A stretch of DNA of 64,000 nt from Marsupella aquatica (Eukaryota > Plantae > Marchantiophyta), in the NCBI GenBank assembly GCA_973895155.1, contig OZ316892.1, forward strand, positions 28,960,932 through 29,024,931, written 5' to 3'. Made by a program: the position numbers and the translations under genes. Position 1 is the stretch's first letter, and each line of letters starts with the position of its first letter. The notes under the pieces were generated by a model. The model made no database searches, was not told where the DNA came from, and was given only the letters and a program-made list of their open reading frames with translations. Positions 1 through 12,218 of this stretch are shown piece after piece.

Positions 1-896
1 TCGATTCTTCATGAGCGAAATTCTCAACGCTCAGAAAGGGCCCCAGGTTCCATTGACGCACTGCTGCGCTCTGTGCCGTAGTGCGATGTGCATAATAAAT
101 AATAACTAGCCCCTATTACCCCCCGTTCGAATAGAGGGGAGTAAAATAAAAATATCACCAAAAGATATATTTTATTCACATTTGAATGATAAGAAAAATT
201 TAGTCACATTAAAAAATTCATCATGTATATCATCATTTCAATAATTTTTAACAATGGGATCCAGTCTGCTTTTGTCCTTAGTCCCAATACAAAAAAATTA
301 TTGGGCGGGAAAAATTCACAACTGTTGATTTCCCTGACCATTGATGAATTTCCCTGACCATTGATGAAAAAAATGTGCATCCCTGACACACATGTGCTTC
401 CAGCTGCCCATAAATGCCCCTACCCGACTCCCTATGGGCCAGCCCTTGCACACTGCAACTTACTGGCATAGGGTTCCTCATACATAACATACCATACTCT
501 TTTCTAGGCACATTTTTCTTTCATGTTTTCTTTGAATGGGGCCCTTTCCCCTCTTTTACTCCCCTTCATTGGGTTGCTTTGCCTTTGGGATCTTGTCTCC
601 CTTTCAGAGTTTACTCCCCTTGGGCAATATATATATATTATATATATATATGCACATATGTTATGGTGGGGACATAGAACCCATTTTTTTAATGCAAATA
701 GAAATCATGACAAAACGCATGCATGATTATCATTTGACATATATCATAGTCATGAGTTTTCTTATCCACATGATGAGCCATGGAGTTACCGTCTAGAGAC
801 TTTACTCTAGAAGCCAAGGCCACAAATCTAGCTTGTAGTTGACGCTTTATAAATAAGATTAAAACTAACCTCATTACCCATTTCGTGAGTGTAACA

Positions 897-3800
897 TGTT
901 GGGGATAATCCTTATCTCAAGACACCATGCACATGTGAACACCATACAAAGTAGTCGACACAACGAGTACGTGATTTACCTCACGTCTGAGGCTACGTCC
1001 ACGGGAAAACAAGAGACCTTTACTTCTCTCTTGCTCCATTCCAACAATGAGCTGAAGATCCACCAGGGACTGGCACCAGTCCTGGCTTTATACACAACAT
1101 CACTACCGCTAACCTTAGCTAAGTCTTAACCTGAGTTAGACTAACTACGGTTAGCTACAGAGTCACAAGACTAAGAGCAATATCTAACAAACTCCCCCTT
1201 GACTCAACGTTCTCACAACACCATCAAACATCTGAAATCTTACAGATCCAAGTCCAACAATTTGACATGGGATTCCATTTCCCATCAACACTGACCCGTT
1301 GGAAACCGTGTAAGAACTGAAAAAATGTCTCCTAGAGTAAATATGAAAAGTACATGCACTATCTAGAATCCAATCATCACTACCTGGATTTGACACTACG
1401 TTGAGAGCAAAACCTTGGCATCACAATATGTCATCATCGTTGAGTAAATCCACCTCATGCTAGCTTGATGCCGCGTTAGCAGATGCAGTAGGGACCTTTA
1501 CTCAACAATCCCTTTTCATGTGGCCAGGCTTGCCACAATTCCAACATGCAAGAGGCTTCCTCTCTTGCGATTTCCCTCTGGATTTAGATCTCCCCCGTGA
1601 TGTGGATCTAAACCTGTTCTGCCCATTCGTGTGCTGTGCTGCTCTTCCACGATTCACGTTCAACGCAGTGCCAGAAGAAGATGCTGTCTGTGATTGATCC
1701 AGCTTCTTCTGAGCATCATCAGACAGTAAAGAGCTCACCACCTCATTATACGAAATGGACTTCAGATCTTTGTACAAGAGCACCTGTTTCAAGCCCTGAT
1801 ATGACAACGGTAAGGAGCTTAGCAGAAGCAAGGCCTTATCCTCATCTTCAACTCCTTTTCCCAGGTTTGACAGATCTACCGCTAGACTGTCAAATTCATC
1901 CAGGTGATCCTGCATCTTGCTTCCTTCTTTGAGCCTGAGGCTCATCAAGAGAGACTTCTTGTACAGCCAGTTTGACGCATCTTCCCGGTAGTACTTTTCT
2001 CTTAGAGCCTTGAACAGTGACGTGCAATCCGCATAATCATCCACCTGCTTGATGATGTGCGGCTTGAGATATAGCATCACTGCATTAACAGCAATCACCT
2101 GCTCCTATCTCCATTGTCTCACAAAAATCTCCTCCTCTCCATCATACTGCTCTCACGAAGAGAGCAGATGAGCTAAGCCCATGGCCTGTAGAACACCCTT
2201 CACTTGCTTCTCCCACAGCAAGTAATCAGTACGACCATCGTACTTCTCCACCTCAAACTTCACTCCTCCAAATCTAGCCATCTCCCTCTTCTTCCCCACT
2301 ACCGATAGCTCTGGTAGTAGTACAACTTCCTCCACTGCACGCCGCATCGGTGATCGTACCGGTGTTACAAGTTTCTCCTCTCGGGGGTCTCACTATATGG
2401 GGACCTCCCCATCGCCTGCGATGTTTATAGGCCTCGGACCCACTAAAATGTAAGAATTTTTTTTAATTTTTTAACCCCTATAAAGTTGGAATATTCTTGG
2501 AATATTCTAAAAATTGGATTAAAAAGACCCTAATGTTCTTATAAGTCTCAAAATTGAATTTAAAAGACCCTATTGTTCTTCTACAAAAATTCTTAAGTCT
2601 TCCCTTAGAACCAATAAAATGACCTATCCTTCGTCGCACGTGATATGCCATTTTTGTGGAAGTGAAACCCCTGAGTTCCTCCTCAAACGGTAGCAGCTCC
2701 TCCTCAGACTCTCCGTCTAATCGTCGCGATCCTAAAGCTCCACCGACACCAATTCTTCCAGTATCCTCCGAGTCACTCATATGAAACAATCACGAAAAAA
2801 CGTCTTTTTTTGAAACTTCTCATAAAACTCAAAACTCAACACCGCCATGTAGCCCACGAAGCTAGGAGTCCAACACTGAAAGCCAAAATCAAAATCAAAA
2901 TTCGACAAAAAAGTTATTCAAATTTTGGTCGGGGTGGGTAAAACCTTGGGAAACTCCCCCGTTTTGACCACCTCGGAGAATAACCAAAATACCCAGTACA
3001 TCCCGTTGTCGGAATTGCGATGTGATCGGTGCGCCGCGTTGCTAACTCCAGTGGCAACGTCCTCACCAAAAAAGAACCAAAAAAGTTACCGTTCGGCGGA
3101 TGGAATCTTTGTCGGACGGCCAAAAAACAGCTCTCTATTTTTTGGGAATATTCTTGCACAGTCTGACAGGTCTCACAGGGGGCCGTTTCCCCTATCTGAG
3201 CGATTAAAACGGAGGGCGGCAGGTCCCGGCACAAGGAGAATAAGAAGGAGGGAGAAAAAGTTTAAAAAAAGAGGCCCCAAAGGGGTGCAAAGGCCCTTTG
3301 GCAAAAATACGCCTTAAAAACGCGCCAGGCAGAGTACAGAGATACGGGTGGGGATAAACGCGAGCGAGGAGGGGCAAACGTCGGGGCCGCGTACATGCTA
3401 CAGCCGCCGTGTACAGGTAGGGCCGGGTTGGGTGTCACAAAGCTGTCGCCCCAAGGCAGCGGCCGGCGACTATAGGGTGAAGGGCGGGGCTTACAACCCA
3501 TGGCTTGCAAGATGGGCCGCGATGAGCAAAGAAGGGCGGGATCGCGAAGGGCCGATGGGGGGAAAGGCCGGCACGAGTTGGTGGAGGAGAAAAAAATGTC
3601 GGGGTGCACGCCGGTCGATGCTGCGCAGGCGGTCGCAGCAGGAGGGAACCGATGCAGGAGGGCGCGTACGGGGAGATCGAGGGGGGTACGCGGGGTCAGC
3701 CTTGGGTGTACACACACACCCTTTGGTGTGTATACACACCAAGGGAGGCCCTTAAACCCCCCTTAAAGCAAAAAATGCTCCCCCGGAAAAAGAAAGCAAA

Positions 3801-4830
3801 ACTCACTTGAAAAGTAACTGTTTCCAACGAGAAAAGTGAACGCTGCCGACGGAAAAAGTGGCCGAATTTCACCGGCACAGTCTGTAGCTCCAGCAGAGTA
3901 AAAAAATTCCACCGCGTCGCCTTCACTCCGCGTCAAGTGCCAATCCCGGGCTCAAAATGACCGCCTCGTTGCGATCAAACCGTTGAGCCGTAGCACTTCG
4001 CATTTCTTCCACCGAGTCCGACATCACGAAGAGAAACCCGGTTCAGATGAGAACAAGCTCGGTCCATAGCTTGTGAAAAAACCTGAACGCCTCCTTCACT
4101 CGTCACGTCACACTCAGTAACAACTCGGCAGCAACTCAGCTACCGAAATGACTAGCTCGCTTCAACCTTCAACTTGAGCTATAATGTGCGATCCCTCCCG
4201 CATCACATAGCTCACACCGTTGAAAAACACAAACTCTGGTCTCTCCCCCGAAAAGCCGTCGAACACGAATAAACCTTGAACAATGCAAACTTCAATTCCT
4301 CCGCACCACGGATACCGATCAGCAAGTTCTAACCACCGTTAGAACGCTCTCTCACTAACCTATCCGCACAGCCACACACATTTGAGTTTCATGCGACGAA
4401 ACTCTGAATGTGCCACCAACAATGAACACTGGAAAAACCTGTCACGAAAAAACCTCGTCACCTCCCAGGCATGCTCTGATACCACTTGTTGAGCATAGAC
4501 GACATTCGTAACGGCAAGCCCATGAACCATCCAACGCACAAGAGTCGACACAGAGAGATACGTGGTTCACCTCCACATGAGGCTACGTCCACGGGAACAC
4601 ACAAGAGTTTTACTGCACTCTAGGTCGACCGGCCATACCAAGCATCCACAGCACAAGCTCTCCCTATCTCTCAACTAGCTCCGTAACAATGAGCCTAAGT
4701 TCCACCAGGGTCTGGCATCAGCCCTGGCTATATACACAATAGCACTACCACTAACATTAGCTAAGTCCTAACCCAAGTTAGCCTAACTGTAGTTAGCTCA
4801 TGAGTCACAAGACTAGAGCAATATCTAACA
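897..4830 (-). mobile_element. Internally deleted / chimeric Ty1-copia LTR retrotransposon (Tnt1/Tork-like gag)
   Basis: Two homologous but diverged TG..CA LTRs (897-1189, 4487-4830) sharing GGCTACGTCCACGGGAA and GAGCAATATCTAACA. PBS TGGTATCAGAGC (tRNA-iMet) at 4473-4484. PPT AGGGGGAGTT next to 1190. Flanks (TAACA/TAAAT) do not form a TSD. Confidence 0.85.
1190..2281 (-). pseudogene. Copia gag-protease remnant, disrupted; integrase/RT/RNaseH deleted
   Basis: KFEVEKYDGRTDYLLW gag N-terminus, LLLSSLPLSY (UBN2-type gag), zinc knuckle CWNCGKPGHMKRDC, protease WILDSACTFH. The frame runs directly into the PPT after VVRTLS. Confidence 0.9.
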
Positions 4831-5304
4831 TAAATCCATATCCGTGATCAACCTGTCCAACCAAATTGCTTCCTTTGTTGCTTCTGCTGCTACAACATAC
4901 TCTGCTTCTGTAGTAGACTGAGAGATAGACTTCTGCAAGGTAGACTTCCAACTGATACATCCTCCTCCAAGAGTAAATACATACCCAGTTGTAGATCTCC
5001 TTGTATCCAAACGGCCTCCATAGTCAGAATCTACATAGCCAATCAACGCAGTGGTTCTATCTGATCTGCCACCACATAGTAATCCATAGTCCTGTGTTCT
5101 CTTCAGACACCTGAGAATGCATTTCACAGCTTCCCAATGTACCTTCCCTGGATTTGACATGAATCTGCTAACCTTGCCCATTGCTAGGGCCAAGTCAGGC
5201 CTAGTACAAGTCATCAAATACATCAGATTGCCTACTGCCTTCTCATAAGGAATCTTAGCCATCAGACCTTTCTCCACAGCGTCTGTAGGAGAGAAAGTCG
5301 TCAA
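4831..5304 (-). pseudogene. Copia reverse transcriptase C-terminus / RNase H fragment
   Basis: YLMTCTRPDLA, GYVDSDYGG, RRSTTGYVF, STTEAEY motifs; truncated exactly at the LTR edge at 4830. Confidence 0.9.
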
Positions 5305-5449
5305 CTATGATTTGCAACCAGTTCCTTTTTTTTGGTGTGGAAGTGACTATTTTAGTCCATGGGGATGGGCAGGGACAATGTCTAGGTCCATTCAGGCTTT
5401 TGTTTCAACAAACACAGAGCTTTTGAGTGTTTTGCCACTAAAAATATTA

Positions 5450-5640
5450 TAATTCACAATATTGTCACTCGACTTGTCACATTTGTTTTTGTAGTTTATT
5501 CTGTGTATGGATAAAAGTTCACCAACATAACTTGGCCTGGGGAGATATATAAAAAAATTGTGATATATTTATAAAATATAATAAAACTAATGGCAATATT
5601 ATAAATTCAAACATTCTAATGGTAATGTACTTTAAGAAAC
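5450..5640. repeat. Degenerate copy of a small fold-back repeat (better copy at 32400-32580)
   Basis: Shares GG(G)A..TATATA.AAAA..TGA.AT.TTT.TAAA.ATAA.AAAAC...TGGCAATAT..AAATTCAAA with 32478-32550. Confidence 0.55.
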
Positions 5641-6537
5641 TACACTCTTTTTAAGTTTTGTCTTTAGTTAGAGTCATTATCAACGTTGTCCTTATTTAGA
5701 GGTAAGGTCATTTTGTTCATCTTTGCCCCCAGCTCTGTTTTTTGTCCGGCCTCATTTCCAATTTTTTCTTTATTTGGTTTTTTTCCATCTCTCTTCAGTT
5801 TTCTTTATGGATAGTTACTATCTAGAGGCATCACTCTAAAGTGTATCACGCTTTATTTGTAAATAAATAAACGAGGCTTCGTTGGCTTATGACTCTTTTG
5901 GTGTGCCTAGGGAGGATTATATATTGAAGTTTAAAGTACCCCTTCATGCATGTTTTGGGGTTTAAGGTTTTCTAACATTTGGCTGCCAGGTCTAAGGGAA
6001 ACATTTAGGCTGAGGATGGGCGATGGTGCTCTTGAGAACTAGCAAACTAAGGAAGATTTTAAATAGATATTATTCTTAATGTAACAAAATATCAAGTCAA
6101 ATATCAAGAAGGTTACAAGTGTTTGATGGTGATAACAATGGTCTCAGTATAGTCTCGGTAATGGTACATATGGTGGTGCCGGGATGACCGGCTGATCCGG
6201 TCCTCCGGTCAAGGTAGAGTCTAACACTCCCCTTTGGATATATAGTGCAACTATATAGACAACATAGACTATACCTAAATTATATCATATTCATAGGGGT
6301 ACATGATATAAGTACAATCGAGGTAGACTGCCTCGTTAAAAAACCTTTATCAACTCTAGTTTAGTAAAAACTCTACCAGTGTAGCAGAGAAAAATATGAG
6401 TGCTAAAGGAAAAAGAGTGCAACCTAACAGTCCTCGTCGTAATAAATGTCAATATAAAATAAAGTTAGATGCTATAGTAAATCTAGCTTTAACATCTGTT
6501 TCATCAGTCGGTCGTCAACAGCATGTCGTCAGCATCA

Positions 6538-9500
6538 TCAAGTATCATGTGGAGTAGCAGCCTCCACGGTCATCATGCGTCGCACGCTCCGTAGTCCAAT
6601 CGCCTGGCAGTGTCGGTGGTGAACTGATGGCGATAGTGATTTGGTGAAGAGATCCGCACAGTTGTTTGCCCCTGGGCCCTCAGCGTTACTAATACAGGGA
6701 GGACGTGCGAACAATGCAAGGGTATTTTTAATGTAATACAAACAAATTTTTATAATAATTTTTAAAGTAGGCAACATCCCTGTATATACATTCATCACAA
6801 TATTAGTAATAAGGCTCTTATCAAATACATGTCACATTATTCTTACGCAAGGGTACCCAAAATGCCAAGTACACACGTCACTATATGGTTGGGACACATA
6901 CACTCATCACCTCATTTGCACACATGTTCATATAGTAAATCAGACATTTAATTATTTGTTGTCTTAAGGCAAGTTTAGTTTTGTGGGACCCTTTATGGTG
7001 GGACAAATGGTTTTGGGTAGACATGTTTACCCACATGTTTAGGAGTTAAGTCGGGAGTTGAGTAAATGTTGGGAATCTGGGATTGATGGGGATTCATGGA
7101 TCAACCCCACATGGACGGACAAGATTACTTTTGAATTCTCTTGAATCAAACAGCCAGGTATGAGGCTAGATGTGTTTGCGTGTGTAGGGGGGTATCGGGT
7201 ACTCAACCAATGTTTGTTATAGTTGGTTCAGACTTTGGAGTATTATTCCTCAATTATACATATAGTACTCATGAAACTAGAAGTTTAGAGGCACTGTTGC
7301 GAACACTAAGAGGAGAGTGCATGCCTGTTTGTATACTATAGGAAGAACTATTCTTGTAGTGTATTAATTTTGTTCATCTATATAAAATATGTATCCTGAA
7401 CATTGGGCGTAACAGCCATACAAGTCCCCTATGCAGTCTCATCTATTTCAGTATGATATTTGCAATTTTAAAAATTCAAGGGTGTTTTCAATTCCTTGAA
7501 AAACTCTATTATAATTTACAAAAGGATAAAATTTAACAGGACAAGTTAATATTTTTACATTAACAAGGAGATTTTTTTTGTGAACAAAAATATTAAGAAG
7601 GGGTACACGGGGGGTGTATGTTCTCAGGGGGGTTCACTTAATATAGTAAGAGTGAGGGCCCAGGGTTGTCTGCACTTGAAATCTGCAAAATGTTGATCTC
7701 TTTTCCATGTAACTCGTGGGTGTAGAAAAATTTTGGAGCTATGTGCTTCACGCGATCGCCTTTGATGAATCCTTTCGTGATCTGCTGTATACATGCTGCG
7801 TTATCCTCAAAAATGTTAGTAGGCTTTGTTAGTGGTGGTAGGCCGCATTTGGTGTTGATGTGGTTTATAAAGGATCGTAACCAAACGGCTTCACGACTAG
7901 CCTCATGTAGAGCTAAGATTTTTGAGTGATTTGATGAGGTTGCTGTTAGGGTTTGTTTCACGCTTTTCCAAGAAAAAGCGGTACCCCCTATGGTAAAAAC
8001 ATATCCAGTTTGGGATTTTGCAGTATCAGTGTCTGAGAGATATCCGGCATCCGCGTATCCTATGAGCTCGTGGTTTGCACCGAATGGGTAAAATAACCCA
8101 GTATCGGTGGTTCCACGTAGATATCTAAATACGTGCTTAACTCCGTTCCAGTGTCTGGCTGTGGGAGTTGCACTATGTCTGGCTAGTAAGTTAACTGCAA
8201 ATGCAATGTCTGGTCTGGTCTGATTCGCTAGGTACATTAATGCTCCTATTGCAGAAAGGTATGGTGTTTCTGGTCCTAATAGTGGTTCATGTTCTTCGCG
8301 CTTGCGAAAAACATCAGTGTTATTTTCTAATGAACGTACAACCATTGGTGACGTCAATGGGTGTGCTAGGTTCATATTGAATTGTTTTAGGATCTTTTCG
8401 GTTTGTGTGGTCTGATGGAGCATCATGCCAGTGGGTAGGATTTCTAGTTGTAAACCTAAGCAAAAATTTGTATGTCCAAGGTCTTTCATCTCAAATGTGG
8501 ATTTAAGACTGGTAATTGTATCTTCTGTAAGTTGGGGTGTCCCAAATATATTTAAGTCATCAACGTAAATAGAAACGATGACATATTCATCATCCACATG
8601 TTTAATAAATAAACATGGTGTAATGGCATCATGGGAAAAACCCATGGCAATCATTTCATCAGTAAATCTTTGATACCATACTCTGCCACTTTGTTTCAGG
8701 CCATATAATGCCTTCAACACACGGATAGCTAGTCCGCGGCGAGTATTCCGTATGGTTGACACAGCGGTGTCATTATTATGAGTTACATGTGTAGATGACA
8801 CATGAGGTGTAACTTGAGATAATTGTGTTATAATCTTATGTAAATATGAGATATGCGATTTAGCGCCTTGAGCTAAAGCTCGGCGACGTTGCTCCAACTC
8901 AGGAGGTGATCGCATATATAGATAGGTGTCTAAAGTGTCATATAAATATGCAGTTGCAACATCTAATTGTCGCATTTGTAGTTGGTGGAAAATGGCAAAT
9001 CCGATTAGGTATCGGAATGTTGTGCTATCCATAACCGGTGAGTAAGTTTCATCGTAATGAATTCCCGGTTGTTGGGTAAATCCTTTCCCTACCAGACGTG
9101 CTTTATAGCGTACAACTTGGCCTTTATCATTTCTTTTGCGGACAAATGTCCACTTGTAGCCAATTAGGTGTACGTCTTGCGGTGTTGGCTCGACTGGGCC
9201 AAAAGTGTGTCTGCTGAGTAGGGAATCTAATTCTCCATTTATAGCTTTTTGCCATTCAGGCCAATCTGGTCTGTTTTGGCATTCTAAGATGGATATTGGT
9301 TCTGGTGTTTCGTCTGTGATATGTGTTGCCACCATTAATGCAAAAGCATCATCTATTGAAGTAGTATTTCTATCCCACATCTCACCGGTGTGTGCGAAGT
9401 GGATAGAAATCTCTTCATGAGTTGTGGATTCTGTGTGGTCGGCATCAGGTGAAGGTGGTATAGATGAACTGCGCCTTCTTGGTTGTTTATCCTTGGATCC

Positions 9501-12218
9501 CAAAGGTCTGCCTCGTTTTGCACGAGGTTGGGATGTACTAGCTGGCTCACTTGATAATTCGATGCGAGCAGGTGCTCTCGCAGCTGGAATATGTGAGCGG
9601 CTAACTTGGGATGTATCGACGAAAGCGTCGAGAAGTTCTTCCACAATCTTGTGGAGTTGTAAAATTCTTTGAACTTCTTTCTCCCCTTGATTCGTTCTAA
9701 GGTCTTGCCAAAATGGTGAGTGTTGTTCCCACTCCAAAGGTGGTTGTGGGTGTTTAGGCGTTATTAATGGTGGGTAAATGTGTTCGTCAAAATGGCAATC
9801 TAGAAATCTGGCTTTAAAAACGTCGCCAGTTGTTGGCTCCATATATCGGATTATGGACGGTGAGTCAAATCCAATGTATATCCCCAACTGTCGTTGGGGT
9901 CCCATCTTGGTTCGTTTGGGTGGAGTAATGGGGACCATTACTTGACATCCAAATGAACGAAGATGTGATAGGTCAGGTTTAATACCATTAACAATTTGGT
10001 ATGGGCTATAGGTATTAAACGCCGATGGGCGATATTGGATTAATGCATTCGCCTGTAATATGGCGTGTCCCCATGCTGAGACGGGGAGTTTTGACTGCAT
10101 TAGTAATGGGCGTGCAATTAACTGAAGGCGTTTAATGACCGCTTCAGCTAATCCATTCTGGAAATGCACGTGGGGTACAGGATATTGTACGTCTATGCCA
10201 AGTGATGTGCAAAAGTCACCAAATGTTTCAGATGTGAATTCCCCTGCATTGTCAACCCTTAGTGTCTTAATGGGGTGATCTGGGAATTGTGCTTTCACGC
10301 GCAAGATTTGCGCCAAAATGCGAGGTATTACCATGTTCCTCGTTGAAAGCAAGGTCACATTTGACCATTTGGTTGATGCGTCAATTAAAACCATAAAGTA
10401 GCGGAAAGGTCCGCTTGGTGGGTTAATTGGCCCGCAGACATCAGCATGGATTATTTCCAAGAATTGGGGTATTTTAGTTGGCAATTTTGATGCCGTGGGC
10501 CTTGTTATTAACTTGCCGCGTGAGCATGCAGTGCATGGAGTGCTCACTGGGATGTGGCGTGTATTGATTGGAATGCCACTTGAATTCTTAATGATTTTTG
10601 TTAGCATTGATTGGCCGGGGTGGCCGAGGCGTGCATGCCATAGCGCATGCAATTCGCTTGTATTGGCGTTGTTATGCAGGCATTCAATTTGTGTTATGTA
10701 AAACCCGCAGGGATACGAGAAAAGTGTCTCTTTAATTATTTTCCCCTTAAGGGTGTTTTCAACCAAGTGAATGACCTCTTGGTCTCTGGTATCGCCCGTT
10801 TGGACATGTAGCCCATTTGCTCGTATATCTCTAAAGCTAAGGAGATTACGAGTTGCGTTTGGGGTGAAAATGGCAGATTCTATGTGTATTTCAGTACCCT
10901 GCGGGAGTCTAATAGAGGCTGGGTCGAAGCCCTCTTCTATTTGACTAGGACCATTTATAGTGGTCAGGGATCTACGTGAGGGTGTAATCTTGTGGAAAAG
11001 GTGCCTATCCCTGAGGATAGTGTGCGTGGTCGCACTGTCGATAATACATGTGCTTGGGCTATTTAAATCTGGTGTAGTGGAGCTACTTGCCACTAAGTGT
11101 GCCTCTGGTTGGGCAGGTAGGTCTGAAAAGTCTTGGAATGGGTCGCTAGATTCCATAAACGCCCCGTGGGTTTCACGGGGTGGTGGTCTTGAGGTTTGTC
11201 TATCCTGGATGGACCGTTGATATAAATCTCTAAGATGTTGTGGGATTCTACAATTTCTCGCGAGGTGGTTTGTCATGCCACATTCATGGCATTTCGGTCA
11301 TTCCCGTTGTTGTCAGGATTGTGACCGATCGTTCCTACGGTTGTTGTTATATGGTCTACCACCACCGCGTCCTTCGCGTCCGCCACATCCGCCACGTCCA
11401 CCTCGTCCTCCTCGTCCTCCTCGTCCATCTCGTCCTCCGCGTCCTCGAAAGGTTCGTTGGGAGTTATATTGTGGACGTTGGTTAAAGAAACTCCCCCTGT
11501 TGGGGTTGTTTCTTTGGTTGCCATTCCTACTGCGCTTAATGCCCTGCCTTGATGTGGAGGGTTCAGCGGTGTCGGTAAGATGTGTTTCACTCTGTGATCC
11601 TAAGGGCAGTGTGCCCGCAGGACATTTTCTAGAGTTAACTAAAAGGAGTTCTTGGTTTCTCTCTGTGACTAGGAGGTGGGCTATGAGCTCGGAGTATTGC
11701 CCGAACTTCATGTTTCGATACTGTGTTGATAGCCACACATTCGATGAGTGAAATGTCGACAAGGTCTTCTCTAGCAGATCCTTGTCCATGACCGGCTCGC
11801 CACATAGTGCGAGGGTTGAGGATATTTTAAAGAGTTCGCTATTGTAGGCTGAAATTGAGGTGAAGTCCTGGACCCGCAGGTTGAGCCAGTCTTGTCTGGC
11901 TCTAGGTAATTCGACCAGTTTCTGGTGGTCGAATCGGGTCTGTAGGGCTGTCCATAGTTCCCGAGGGGTCGAAAGGTGCATGTATTGTCTCTGGAGGAAT
12001 CTATGGATGTGGCATCTCAGGAATACTAGGGCTTTCGATTCGTTGGCTTTAGTTAATGGGTCTGGTTGTGGTTCGCCGACAAGGATAGGTTGGGCCATTC
12101 CTATCGCTGGGAGTAGGGTTAGCGATGTAAGGTTCTCTCTAAGATTCATTGACCATTCCAGGTAGTTACTACCATCGATGTCAAGGGCTGGGAAGTTGAG
12201 TTTCTCGAGGTTCGTCAT
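6538..12218 (-). pseudogene. Gag-Pol polyprotein (gag, zinc knuckle, PR, INT, RT, RNase H) with two in-frame TGA stops and a nested insertion
   Basis: The gag ORF (11313-12218) and pol ORF (7638-11276) are in the same frame, separated by TGA at 11313 and 11298. Motifs: CHECGMTNHLARNC, IIDSATTH, HARLGHPG, DNAGEF, YVDDL, GYADAGY. The RNase H end SADN|CADLFTKSL is split by the 6670-7665 insertion. Confidence 0.93.
6670..7665. mobile_element. Non-autonomous TIR DNA transposon (~1 kb) nested in the copia RNase H
   Basis: TIRs CCCTGGGCCCTCA(GCG/CTC)TTACTA. 8-bp TSD TTGTTTGC (6662-6669) / TTGTCTGC (7666-7673). Removing it restores the RNase H frame. Confidence 0.9.

Noticed and set aside
2914-3926. 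Cluster of overlapping GC-rich ORFs and the palindrome TTGGTGTGTATACACACCAA at ~3723-3742
   Set aside because: No protein motifs; lies in the retrotransposon 5' leader, where high GC explains open frames; the palindrome is low-complexity.
11273-11751. Acidic (EDEMDEEDEEDE) and Pro/Arg-rich ORFs
   Set aside because: Alternative frames of the gag RGG low-complexity tract.
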